NCBI RefSeq assembly: GCF_000400465.1
Contig: NW_008806282.1
Span: 360,001 to 422,000 of the forward strand
Length of the DNA: 62,000 nt
Origin: Wallemia ichthyophaga EXF-994
Taxonomy: Eukaryota > Fungi > Basidiomycota
Reading direction: 5' to 3'
Shown here: piece by piece, positions 36,691-48,526 of the stretch
Layout of the letters: every line of letters starts with the position of its first letter
Position numbering within the stretch: position 1 is the first letter of the stretch
Made by a program: the position numbers and the translations under genes
Notes under the pieces: generated by a model
Databases searched by the model: none
What the model was told of the DNA's origin: nothing
What the model saw: the letters and a program-made list of their open reading frames with translations, nothing else

Positions 36691-37116
36691 TCATTCGAAA
36701 TGTGAGTAATGCCCCTTGACACCTAGTTTGCACTTGTGACAATCCGCTCGAGGACCCATAGTGAATCTGATTTTACGCTGTTTAGCTTTCTTGTCGTTGT
36801 CGATGAGGGAGGTGGAGTCTCTCATCGATGTGTCATGCATGTGCAGCGTCTCTGTGGCCATGACGATGTCTGGAGGATGAGAAGGAGGAGTGGGAGGGAC
36901 TGGATTTGAATTTAAGCTTAATTTGGGATCAGTAATCGTCGTATTCGATGTATTCCTCTCAGATTCGTTTCCTTTCCTCTTTGTGGTTATCGGGTTGTTT
37001 GCCAGGCTCGACGGGCTCAGTTTGCGCTTCTTCTTTGAAAATGGAGGGGAAATGAGCGGTGGGCTGTCGTAAGAGGTCACCATTGGCTTATACGGCAGAT
37101 CTAAATCAATCTCCAT
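36691..37116 (-). CDS. Hypothetical protein, disordered, with C-terminal CxxC-x6-HxxH motif
   Basis: 141-aa ORF with an NLS-like KKKRK and terminal IRFTMGPRADCHKCKLGVKGHYSHFE. Confidence 0.7.
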   Translation of the reverse strand: MEIDLDLPYKPMVTSYDSPPLISPPFSKKKRKLSPSSLANNPITTKRKGNESERNTSNTTITDPKLSLNSNPVPPTPPSHPPDIVMATETLHMHDTSMRDSTSLIDNDKKAKQRKIRFTMGPRADCHKCKLGVKGHYSHFE

Positions 37117-37605
37117 CGCGTGTGAGCATTCGAAGTTGGTGGTGAGGTGCGAGGGATCAATTGGCGAGCAGTGAGGGTTTAGTGGGATAATTTTAAAGGT
37201 GTTTTGAAGGAAAATATACTTTTATGCCCACAGATGCCTCCACTTCTCTGTATGAGGCGTGGATGCCGTGACTGTCTCCCGATAACGCCCAGTCACGAGA
37301 AATGGCAGTCGTATAGCAGAATCAGCGTCTATGGCATCATAAATACTTATTAACACCCAAAAGACTTCCTATCGGTGGATATCGTGAGCTGGAATCGTTG
37401 ATACACCGCTAACGCTGATAGCGGGATATACAGCACAGAGAGAAACGCAAACAAGCAGCGGAAATAAATTTCATCTAAATACACCTCACGCACCCACTAG
37501 CACCCGCTTCACTACATCCACAAACAAATTCTTTTGGTCTTCCTTCTTCACTCTTCATCACGTACATCCAACAGCGCAGCGCGTTGAAAAATAAGAAGCA
37601 GCAAA

Positions 37606-38179
37606 ATGTCAGCAGATCACTCCAGAGACCCATGTCCGTATGTAATTCTCAATGATTTCGGTGGTGCGTTTGCGATGGGTGCGGTCGGTGGTTCAATCTG
37701 GCACGGTATAAAGGGAGCGAGGAACAGTCCCCGTGGAGAGAGGTTGCCTGGTAGTTTAGCGGCAATCAAGGCTAGAGCGCCTGTACTCGGTGGTAACTTT
37801 GGTGTATGGGGTGGTATGTTCTCATCGTTTGATTGTGCAGTCAAGGGCGTTAGGCAGAAGGAAGACAGCTGGAATGCAATTATTTCTGGTTTCTTCACTG
37901 GTGGCTGCTTGGCTATCAGAGGTGAGTAGCCTGTTGCTTGCCACAGTTGCACCACAAGCTAACAAGACACAGGCGGTCCTAAGGCGGCGCTCGGTGGTGC
38001 TGTCGGATGTGGTATCCTTCTCGGTGTCTTTGAAGGTGTCGGTGTGCTCATTAACAAGGCCATGAGCGATTTCAGCAAACCTCAAATGCCAATCGGTGAG
38101 TTTTCTTGGGTTGATCGACGTCATTGACACAGTCACTGTAGCTCCTGAACAACCACCAGCCGCTGCAATCTCACATTAG
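37606..38179 (+). CDS. TIM17: Mitochondrial import translocase subunit Tim17 (3 exons)
   Basis: [47 protein letters not shown]. Confidence 0.97.
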
Positions 38180-38265
38180 AAGGATGACCACCTCCGTTTT
38201 GCATAGAATAAACCCTCAACCCACTCACCCCTGACTTCTAATCATCTTCTTCATAAATACATCTG

Positions 38266-41200
38266 CTACTTATCGACTACATTATTTTGCGTGTTGAACA
38301 GTTTACCACGACAGTTCGGTGCCCCACAGAAACATTCTGGTACGGCTTCCTCTAAGATACTGTCATCATCGTCTAGGACTCTCTTTGCCTTCTTTGACCT
38401 TATCTTTGTCTTCTTCTTTTTCCTGCTGAGTGCTTGCTCAACATCCTCTTCGTCGCTGTCGACACCCATGTATCTAACAACAGTTAGCTTCCGGTAACAT
38501 TTCAGCGCTCCACTCACGATATAGACAGCTCCTCGTTTTCTCTGATATCCCGCAAGGCATAGAATCCCAAGAAAGGAAGATCGACCGAGGTTTGCACAGT
38601 GTAGACGGGCTATGGGGAAGTAGGAGTGAGTGGAAGATTTTTAGCGCTCTACGAACTCACCTGCACAATTAAATTAGGCTTGCAACAATGGTTGATAAAT
38701 CGGGTGAACTACTTTGTGTCAGTTTACTGAAGGAGATGTGGCTATGTGACCTACATTTCCGATGAAAAAGGCATCAATGGCTATTAAAGTGTTAGCCATA
38801 TGCAATACTCCACACCAGCGTAGATATCACCCACTGTAATAGGATTGTAAATCAAAGTCAATATCACGGTACTGTTGCAGTTCCTTCTGCGGGCTGATGA
38901 GCGACTGAAGTGGTCTGCCAGCTTCGTTGGCAGTACCTGTACTTGTATTACCAAGTACATCGCCACTATCTTCACTCAGTTTCTCAAACCGCTTCTTGTT
39001 GCATTGCGTTGCCTTAGCATACATTTTTTTATTCCGCAGATGGTAAAAATCGATATCAAAATCGTATTTCCGGTTGACCCTGTGTTACGCTGTGTGAGAA
39101 AGGGTGGGGTATGATGTTGATGGGGAGTACCACTTACTTATCATATATACTAGGATGGTTTAGAGTGTACCTAAAAATGCGCGCACTTGACTCACTCTGA
39201 TCTATGTATAGCCATATCGTTTGTGATATATTCTCCAGAGTACACAGCAATAAACTGTCCTTTCTGTATCTTTCTTCGAGTCCGCACACCTGTTCGAGTT
39301 TGTTAGTATGTGCAACCTAGCTATAATCACTTCAACCCACCCCATCCCATCTTCTCCTTCTTGAATATTTCCAAGTTGAAGTTGGTCGGTTTACTAGTGA
39401 CCTGAGAAAGTTTAGAGGGTGAATGATTGGAGGGAACCTCAACGTACTTTATTCTGACAGCTATCGTCACACCCGCAAAGCTCATTGCATTCGAATATCG
39501 GCAAGTCTCTTGTATTTAGCAGTCCGTCATCGTCGTATGCTGGTGTGGTGGTTGTGGTAGTGTTACCGTATGAACAGTGCTCAACACCCATCTCACTCAC
39601 CACAATAACGATCGCAGAAGCCTTCAAAGATGTACTTCTGGCGCTGGAAACATTCACATGTCGACGGATCGCATTTACCATTGCATCCACACCGCCGTTG
39701 ACCTTTTTCGTTGTTCTTGGGCACACCGCTGCCATACTGGTGTGTGTAATATTTCAGAATTAGGTCAGATCAACTAAAATTTCACCTACACATGGTTTGT
39801 TGTTGTAGATAAACTCGACAGGCGGACAAGGATCGCTGTCAACCTGAGATGAAATTGAGAAGGGGTAAAAAAAAACGGCAAGCAACCCACGCACATCATT
39901 ACGAATTGAGAATGTGTTTCTGTTATCCATAAGTGTCTCAGCCTGCTCTATATGAGCGAGGAATGTATGCTCGAGGGATTTGCTGTTCAAAACCTCTCCT
40001 GTTCTAGGATGCCTTCTTAAGCTACCGACAAACTTCAACCCAACAAATTTATCAGGTTTCTCGGCTAATTTCCACGCTTCAAGCTCCGACGCTTTATCTA
40101 TTTCTTCCTGACTATACTGCTTATCGTCATATCTTTTGTATGCCTCCCGCTGCTCACGTGGCATATTGATGAAAACGGGTTTGATGATTTGTTCAATTGT
40201 AGCTGGTTTTTTTGCAGGGCCTTCAATGACTTGGGTTGTGTTTACGCGTGATTCTCGCTCAAGTGTCACCAGCTGAGCGCGTTTTCGCTGCTCAAACGAT
40301 GCATTGGGGTCGTGGAAACTGTGTTCATCCTCCGTTATCTGTAGCATCGCTTCGATCGTCTCATCATTGACTCTATCGGTGATCATCCGCTCATTGAACG
40401 GCTGCTTGAATTGCTTGAATGGTTTGATATCTTTACATATTCTGTTGCGACCATTTTGGAGTGTATTGGTATTAGTGTTGGCGTGTATTGAGTCGCACGT
40501 TTTCCTGTTGTTCGTACCTTGCATACTCTGCATACACTCCTCCAACATGGGCTTCTCCATGTAGTTTGGTGGGAGAACAGGTTTCGTTTCAGGTGGAGAG
40601 TATTTGCGTGTCTTCTTTCTATGCCCGGTCGAAGAACGCTCAGGTATAGACGTCGGTGGAGAGCAAGACGAAGAGCTAGATGGGATGGCTTTTGTAGTGG
40701 CCTCCACCTCATTTTCGCTATCAGAGGATAATTCTATAATGTTGCTGTTTAAGTTTTTGCCCAAGTCTCTACTCAACGTCTTGCTCAAATTTCTGCTCAA
40801 GTTTCTGCCCAAATCTCTGGTGAAATCTCTGCTCATCTTTATCTCTTCATCCACATTGTGAGGTTGCGGGTGTGGTTGCAGTTGTGGTTTTGATTTTGGT
40901 TGCGGCCGTCGTTGTGATTTTTGCAACTTAACTTCAGTCTGTCGCATATTATTGATTAGTTTGGGTTTCTCTTTCTCTCTCTCCTTCTCCTGCTCGCTCT
41001 TGCTCACCTTCTGCGGTGTGGAGTGGTTATTGGCGGTGTCAGGTCTGAAGTCGCGCACGCCTCTGAAGCTAGGTAATGATCCTTTCTTGATAGGAGGGAG
41101 AGGGGATTTCTTTGGCAGCAGCGACTCATGCGAGCTGTCGGCAGAGCTCATAGTGGGGTTGATAGGGTTGATGGGGTGAACGGGAGTAGCGAGATTTTTC

Positions 41201-41807
41201 CTTTCCGACGCGTGCATCGCGTGTATCAATGGCCGTGTATTGTCGCTCTTATTCTCCGTCTCACGAGGCTGCGTCCGAGAACGTTTAGAAAGCTGCGACG
41301 GCGACGGCGACGGCGATGGCGATTCTCTGAGCGACTTGCGCGAGCGGGTGACAAAGTCGTCAGACGTGTTAATTGAAGTGGGAGAGTTGGCTGATGTGCC
41401 AGAAGTGGCAGAAAAGCCACCACTAAACCCGTCTCTCCTCTTTCTCTTAAATTTCTTGTTGCTGTTGTTATCGATAGAGAGGAGGCGCTTCTCGGACTTT
41501 TTCCTGATCGCCGTGCTTGTTGGTGTGGCTGCGTTTGTGATAACGAAGTGAGATTTGCATGGATAGATACGCGGAGTAACTCACACCCAGTATGAAACAA
41601 TCCTCTCAGCTTATCGCTTGATTTCTGCTGGTATATTACGCCGCCAGGTTGAACAGGTCGCGTTGAAGTTGGTGGAGATGGCGCAGATGGCGCAGATGGC
41701 GCTTGTGCTGTTGGCTGCGGTAACACGGCCATCTCAATACTCTCCATCTCTAACTCATCTTCACTTGGGAATAAAGACGTCTCGTCGGCGTCCATCGATT
41801 CCATCAT
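38266..41807 (-). CDS. clr4: SUV39/Clr4/DIM-5-like histone H3K9 methyltransferase (many exons)
   Basis: DPCPPVEFIY, Cys-rich pre-SET (IFECNELCGCDDSCQNKV), SET (KEKMGWGV, YSGEYIT, YDFDIDF, IDAFFIGN, FTRFINHCCKPN), post-SET CFCGAPNCRGKLF. Confidence 0.88.
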
Positions 41808-41889
41808 GACTGGACGTGAACAACAGACAAAGACAAGAAAATTGGCATTTGTTTTGACATTTAGATGTAAATGTATAAATATTTATATT

Positions 41890-43207
41890 CTACTTGTCCC
41901 CTTCAAGCCACCTACCAAAGTCATTCAACCTGTGTTGCTCGTCTTGTTCAGCTGTCTCAGTGTATTTGTTGGTGCTTTCAGTGGTTTTAAACGTCTCCTT
42001 GCCATCGTAGAGGTAGCTGACCACTCTCCTGCCTGCAAAGTATCTACCTTCGTATTTCTACGCTGAGTTAGGTGGATAGGAGTACGTAGATGATTATCTC
42101 ACCAACACACACGCCTGTGCTGCGATATGATCTGAGAACTTGACAGTCATGATTCCATCTGGCTCAGCCTATGGGGAGTGAAGGTGTAAGCAAATATTCA
42201 CCGCCAAGTGCACTACCAACTCACATCGTAAAGCACCACGCTTGTCACCTTTCCAATTTGCTCGGCGTCTTCGCGTACATCTTGCTTCAAATCGAGCAAC
42301 AGCGTTGGATCCTCTTTCAGTTCACCGGGAGTAAACATATGCCTCAGTACGACGACTCTTGAGGTAGTATTCGAGGGCAACCGATCAGCCAGGCCAGACT
42401 CATCTTCGCTATCCCAATCGTTAAGTTTCTCATCCAATTTCCTGAACTTTGTCTGTTTCCTCCTTTTTTCTTCTTCAGTGAGAGGTTTAGCGGGTTTCTG
42501 TGTGGTGTGCTTGCTATTGGTGTGATCACTAGCCTCAGGCTTGAAATCTGCGACAGAGACTCTAATAGCACTGCCATCGCCATACCTAAGCTCGGTATCG
42601 TCGAGTAGTTGCACGGCAAGACTAACGCTGTCCTGCTTATAATACACCACCAAAGCCTCACCTTTGAAATTACCAAGATCGTCTGTATAAAGCTTTACTT
42701 TCGGGCTGCCATCGTCGTTGGTGAGGAGAACGCCGTACTTGGAGAAGACGTCTGCAATTTCATCGACGGTGACGTCAGGAGGGAGGCCAGTGACGAAGAC
42801 AGCAGTTTTTGGTGGAGGAGGTTTATCTCTTTTGGCGTTACTATCGTTGGGCTTGTTCGATGTGAAATCCTTGCGCTTCTTCTCGTGTCGTCTGGCTACG
42901 ACGTCTGCCGGAGTCTGTGGAGGAATGAGAGTGATCGTGGGTAGACAGCAGCCACACTAACGCTCTCGTCAACGCCACTAACACCGTAAGCAGCCTGTTG
43001 AGCAGATAATTGGTCTAAATCAGCCTAAATCGGAGTGAGCGTGGTGTGCACTGAATCCAATACACCTCCACGCACCACAGAAACGAATCGTTGAAATTTA
43101 ACATCCCACTCCATCTCGCTGCCATCATCGCCCTCCAAAACCCAATTCTGTTTTGCTTTATCAAAGGAAATACGCGGATCATCGAAATTTGGTGTGTCGC
43201 TAGTCAT
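41890..43207 (-). CDS. CUS2: U2 snRNP-associated factor Cus2/Tat-SF1 (RRM + UHM; multi-exon)
   Basis: AVFVTGLPPDVTVDE, VVYYKQDSVSLAVQLLDD, VVVLRHMFTPGEL..DP.LLLDLK.DVRED. Confidence 0.9.
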
Positions 43208-43317
43208 GGTGGGGGAGTTGAGAGGAGAAACACCCGCACTGAATATAAATATCAAGATAAATTTATCATGTATAATATTTTCACTTTATTTTTCATTCAT
43301 CGTTATCAACGACGGTC

Positions 43318-44403
43318 ATGGCCTCACCCACCCCGGAATCATTCAAGCCATTATTGAAGAAGCTGGCAACTGATTCTATCAGCTTCACGGAGGAGGATAT
43401 GGCAACTTCATTTGAGCACATAGTATCCACCGATGCCCACACACCCGCGCAGATAGCAGCATTCCTCACAGCGCTCAAATTAACCGGCAACGACGAGAAA
43501 GCCGAGTATATAGCAGCAGCTGCGACTGTTATGCGCGCCCACTCTGTCCAGATACCCGGTTTAGACAGTATCCCCACATGTGATATCGTTGGTACGGGTG
43601 GTGATGGTCTCGATACGTTCAACGTTTCCACCGCTGCTGCTGTTGTTGCGGCTGGTGCTGGTGCCACTGTAACCAAACACGGTGCACGCTCAGCCTCTTC
43701 TGCGTCTGGCTCTGCAGATCTTCTCCTGTCCCTCAACTGCTCCCTCTCGATCCACCCTTCCCGTCTTCCCGCTCTCCTCTCTTCCAGCAGATTCGCATTC
43801 CTCTTTGCCTCCAATTACCACCCTGCCATGGCCCACGTAGCCCCTCTCCGCCGCGAAATGGGTTTCCCCACCATATTCAACTTCCTCGGTCCGCTCATGA
43901 ATCCAGCCAGGCCGACGCGCATGGTGGTTGGTGTCGCTAAGCGCAGCTTGGCGGGTGTATTCGTCGATGCCCTCCAGCGTCTTGGCGTCCAACGCGCCAT
44001 GGTCGTAAGAGGGAAGGAGGGCATGGACGAGATCAGCCCAGCGGGCGAGACGGAGATTTGGGAGCTGTGCGACGGTCGCGTAAAGGAGTACACCGTTTCT
44101 CCATTCAATTTCGGCGTTAAGGCCCACCCACTCTCCTCCGTTAAGAGCGGCAGCCCTACTAACAACGCTAATCTTTTCAAATCCATTCTCGCTACTTCTA
44201 CGCCCTCCTTTGACGATATTCCAGAGGGTGTTGAACTCGCTGCGCTCAAGGATTGGATCCTTATCAACGCAAGTGCCCTGCTCGTCGTCGCAGGTCAGGC
44301 TACCAACTTTGGCCAGGGCGTTACTAAAGCCAGAGAGGCCATCGAGGGGCTCCACGCTAAGGCTGCGCTGGATGCTTTCAAGAAGGCGGGAAGTGAGCAG
44401 TGA
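43318..44403 (+). CDS. TRP4: Anthranilate phosphoribosyltransferase
   Basis: DIVGTGGDGLDTFNVST, KHGARSASSASGSAD, TIFNFLGPLMNP, EGMDEIS. Confidence 0.97.
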   Translation: MASPTPESFKPLLKKLATDSISFTEEDMATSFEHIVSTDAHTPAQIAAFLTALKLTGNDEKAEYIAAAATVMRAHSVQIPGLDSIPTCDIVGTGGDGLDTFNVSTAAAVVAAGAGATVTKHGARSASSASGSADLLLSLNCSLSIHPSRLPALLSSSRFAFLFASNYHPAMAHVAPLRREMGFPTIFNFLGPLMNPARPTRMVVGVAKRSLAGVFVDALQRLGVQRAMVVRGKEGMDEISPAGETEIWELCDGRVKEYTVSPFNFGVKAHPLSSVKSGSPTNNANLFKSILATSTPSFDDIPEGVELAALKDWILINASALLVVAGQATNFGQGVTKAREAIEGLHAKAALDAFKKAGSEQ

Positions 44404-44480
44404 GCAAGCGTGTGCTACCTGTGGGTGTGTGCCATTATAGCATTTGTAATGACAATAGACGTGGTATAGAATCAACGCAG

Positions 44481-45741
44481 TTAGTGTACACGATAATAAG
44501 ACACGGCGAGACCTAGACTGAGGGCGAGCAAGGCTCCGCGCGTACTGCTCCGCCAGCCCACCAAGTAGAGGGCGAGCCAGGCGTAACCGATGAGCAAATC
44601 AGCTGTTGTGCCCAGTAGAGCCTTGAAGTGGGCGTGACGGTCGTAAGCGTTAATGTGGTTGTGGTTGCGACTGTCCATCTCCATCACATGGCTACACTCA
44701 CCATCCACACACACCATCGCCGTGATAGGCTTGTGGTCGCTGATGGTCACCTGTGGAAAAGAGTCGTAAAAGACGCAGCGAGTCGCTGCGGCAGACGCAA
44801 AGAGGACTCTGTCCGTCCAGCTGGGGTCGCGACGCGCATCGACACCGTCTACGCTACCCACTGTGTATTTATAAGTGGGCAGGAAAGCGCTAAAACAACC
44901 CTCGCGCAGTCCGTTCATCACTCGCCCACCACGCATTTCCCGCGCCAGCTCGTCATGAGAGGCTAACGAATCAAGGTCGATAATTTTCTGCTCTAGCTTG
45001 CTGTTGCTAGAGCTGCTGCTGTCGCCGTACAGCCTGTAATTGAGGTCACCAAAGACCAAGAGGTGGGTGGAGTCGTATATGGATGGTTTGATGCGCGACA
45101 CAAGTGATCTGTAGTCTGTGATATGTGATATGCACACTATGTCAGTATGAAGCACCTAATCAAGACACCCATCTCACCCCAATTGCGCCGCGCAACATTC
45201 TCCTCCCCTTGGTGCGCGGCGAGGTGAGCGTTTACGAGGGTAAGAATACCGCCGCTGGGGAGGTGAATGCGCGTAGAAATCGCGCCCTTATTACCCATCA
45301 CGCCGCCAACGCCTAGACCGACGTGCGTGGAGTGTGTGTGTGTTTGTTGGCTTGCGATGTGGGGGCGGGCGTAGACGAGCATTGTAAGACCAGCGAAGGA
45401 TGACTGATGGATGCAAGTGTATATGACGTCACTGTTGTTATCTTTGCTATCACCAACACCCGCATACTTGGTCAGCGCCCTGTGCACCGTCGACGCCGTT
45501 CCGCGGAGTTTGTCAGACGCGTTCCAGCCGCTGACTGAGGAAACAGCGTCAGATATATTCATAGACCACTCGCTCACCCACGCGCTTCGGCCAGTGGCTG
45601 CGTTTCCTGTGTACCGACAACAAGCAGATCGGGAAGATCGGAGAGACGCGGAGATGGAAGAAGCCAGTCAGCCAGCTCGTGTGGCTTGACGCTGCCCAGC
45701 GATCTCTCGTGGACGTTGAAAGATGAGATTTGAATTTTCAT
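44481..45741 (-). CDS. INP54: Inositol polyphosphate 5-phosphatase, tail-anchored (Inp54-like)
   Basis: ISSFNV, LLVVGTQE, GNKGAI, NAHLAAH, FGDLNYR, PTYKY, PSWTDRVL, SDHKPI, C-terminal TM helix. ATG 45741 with introns near 45540-45585 and 45130-45175. Confidence 0.85.
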
Positions 45742-45825
45742 TCAATTTCGCCGTGGTGGTTGTAGCTAAGCTGGATTCTGTTGGCAGTCGACAGCCATCA
45801 TCACCTCGAGTAGAAAAGCAGGAGA

Positions 45826-47216
45826 ATGAAAAACTTGGAGAACAGCGTGGATATTTGTGCGTGTGGTGTATACTACCCAGCCATCCTTACCTTGTCCCAG
45901 CGCAGCCGAAATTCGATCAGTCGACGTACATGGGCCGTGTCAGGCACTTTATCGCGGCTGTCTCCCCCCTCACCCTATTTGCTTCGGCCGATCGTCTCCA
46001 GGATGCCCACAAAGACGTTCTCGCTGTCCAGGAACGTGTCCAGAAATCCCCCGGTGGTGTATTCGTTAAGCCTGAGGACGCGCAGAAGTATTGGAAGAAC
46101 AAGCAGCTCGTAGACAGCTCTATACATCCGGGTGAGCGTCGTTGCTGGTTGCTGGTTGCTAGCTACTGGCTGTACACTCCCCCTTCTAATCTGTCTCATT
46201 AGACACCGGCGAGCCTATAGTACTTCCATTTAGAATGTCAGCATTCATGCCTACCAATTTGGTTAGTGGCGGTCTTGCTATCCTTTCAATTGGCTTTAAC
46301 GCCCACTCAGATCATTATCGGCGGTATGCTCGCACCTAATCCCTCTGTAGGCATGGTCTTGTGTGCTACACACCTCGCTCACCTGGCTATCAGCTCGGAT
46401 CTGTCATTTTCTGGCAGTGGATGAACCGTGAGTAAGGTTTATCAAGTTTTTCACCCACTCACAACTCCCAGAATCACTCAATGTCTGCGTCAATGTGGGT
46501 TAATAGCAGGCTGCTTATAGCCACTGTATAACACCACACACAGTCAGCCAATGCGAACAAATCCACTCCACTATCCACAAAAGAACTCGCCATGTCTTAC
46601 CTCGCAGCCACAGCGTCGTCTGTCGGCATAGCAGTGACCTTAACCAAGGGGGTTCCCAAGCTGAATGTCTCGGCAGCCACCAAAGCCTCACTCGGGCGCA
46701 TGGTAGTGGGTGATAGTGATAAGCTATCGACAAAGCTAACCCGCTCCCCAGCCATTCGTATCAGTTGTCACAGCCGGATGCGTGAACATTGCCGCTATGC
46801 GCTACAAGGAGATGCGCGACGGGATAGCGGTGACGACGAGTGAAGTAGACGGGGAGCCTCTACCAGATAACCAGAAAACCACACTAGACGCCTCCTCACG
46901 CATTGCGGGTGCTGTGGCAGTATCGCAAACGGCAGCTAGCAGAGTCTTTACTAACATCCCCACACTTATCTTCGTCCCTCTCATCCAGGCTGCGTTGACC
47001 AAGAGAGGTGCATTCGCTGGTAAACGCGGACCTTTACTGGAACGTATCGTGTCGCTGGGTCTTGCCGGGACAAGTATGATAGTGTTTTTGCCTCCAGCTA
47101 TCGCCGTCTTCCCCCAGAAAGCTACTCTTGGTGCGGATACCGTCTTTGGGGAGGACGCACCGACGGATGAGAAAGGCAGGAGAGTTACGCGGGTGGAATT
47201 CAATAGAGGTCTCTAA
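45826..47216 (+). CDS. FSF1: Sideroflexin/mitochondrial tricarboxylate carrier (multi-exon)
   Basis: PKFDQSTYMGRVRHF, DSSIHP, FRMSAFMPTN, FWQWMNQS, NIAAMRYKEMRDGI, final FNRGL*. Confidence 0.92.
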
Positions 47217-47277
47217 CGGAGTTATTTGCGTTGTTCTTGTAGAAATCAATTTGTTATCTCTAACGGTCATCATCGAG

Positions 47278-47873
47278 ATGGAATTTGTGAGTAGATGGTG
47301 GAGCGAGAGTGGTGAGAGTGGTGAGAATGGCAGCAACGGCGACTACACCAAACCACCCAAATACAATGCCAGCATGGATACGCCCAGGGATCTGCCCAGC
47401 GTCGGCACAGACGAGAGTGACAAGGAGAAAGAGAAAGAGAAGCAAGCCAACTACTCGCCGTACACACCGTATACACTAGCGTGGGTTATAATTAAGAAAT
47501 ACAAATGGCTTCATCTCATTGAGGACATGGCAGCCCAGATTCAGGCACAGATTCCGCTCAGCACGTCGACATGCGCAGACGAATAGGACAAACGAGTCTG
47601 GAGAACTGCAGTGTGATAGAAGGAATGTTGTCCGAGTGTATAAACCGGGGATCTTTCAAGGATAAGCGGGTAAGGGGATGTGACTGGCTGAGAGAGCAGT
47701 TTTACGCTTGCTTGGGGGAGCAGCGCCATGCACTGACTGAATTGGGATACGCCTTACCCCAGAATACACCCCAGAAAGACGATAAGATACGCAGCCTGGC
47801 TGACAGACTCGCTCAGGACAGAGAGAAGGAAGCTGAGGAGGGTAGAGTGCCTTTGAAGGAGAAGACCAAGTAG
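47278..47873 (+). CDS. Uncharacterised twin-CX9C protein
   Basis: Intron ~47481-47533 joins exon 1 to PDSG...ENCSVIEGMLSEC...GCDWLREQFYAC..EQR.AL..LGY (two C-x9-C motifs). Confidence 0.65.
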
Positions 47874-47922
47874 AAAGAGAGAAATGCATTTGTTTTTACC
47901 CTGTTTTACCCGTTTTACCCGT

Positions 47923-48492
47923 TTACCTCCCTGTTGCTGTCGATAAGCACTGCTGAACAACGTCGATAAGGTGGCCATTTTCGAGCGCTGCTGCAACTCT
48001 CTCCTTATCGTTGAGCTGCTTGTTGATCGCCGCCTCCTGCATATGCGTACCTTCACGCACACGCACGTCCACTTTGAAGCGTGGCGGGAGAGACCTGATG
48101 AGCCGCACGCGCAGACACAGGCCAATGAGAGTGGACATGGAGCAATGGGGGATGGTTGGCGTGAAGAGGATTGTAGCCTCGTTCTGCTCGTCGTCCACGG
48201 TGATCTGCGCCTTGCTCACAACTGCAAGTTGCTCGAGTGTGAGTGGGTGCTCTGGGTCGTTGATGTCTTTGAGGAGGTGGAATAGCTCGTCAGCGTCGAT
48301 GGCTTGCGCGGGTGTTTTCTCCAGTGTGGCGTTGGCGTTGGCGTTGGCGTAATCTGGATTGATATCCCCCACTTGCGCATCAGGTGCTAGGAAATCTGTG
48401 CTCCACGGATCGCTATCACTGTAAACATTCCTCTCGCTCTCCTCTACTGTCTGGTGTATTATCGGATTAGCGTTGATCTTCTCTGCGTCCAT
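47923..48492 (-). CDS. CIA2: Cytosolic Fe-S assembly factor Cia2/FAM96B (MIP18)
   Basis: [52 protein letters not shown] 48492. Confidence 0.95.
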   Translation of the reverse strand: MDAEKINANPIIHQTVEESERNVYSDSDPWSTDFLAPDAQVGDINPDYANANANATLEKTPAQAIDADELFHLLKDINDPEHPLTLEQLAVVSKAQITVDDEQNEATILFTPTIPHCSMSTLIGLCLRVRLIRSLPPRFKVDVRVREGTHMQEAAINKQLNDKERVAAALENGHLIDVVQQCLSTATGR

Positions 48493-48526
48493 TCTGATTG
48501 GTTGGTCGTTATCTATCAAGAAAAAT

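Noticed and set aside
37130-37600. Hairpins (gtgactg...cagtcac; gcctc...gaggc) and a minus-strand ATACAGAGAAG resembling U6
   Set aside because: The U6 match stops at the ACAGAGA box, and no complete H/ACA, C/D, SRP, RNase P or MRP signature was found; most simply a divergent promoter or UTR region.
43690-44475. 261-aa antisense ORF over TRP4, and similar long shadow ORFs over HEM14, RPN7, UTP13 and UPF3
   Set aside because: Stop-poor antisense frames expected in GC-rich coding DNA; no protein motifs.
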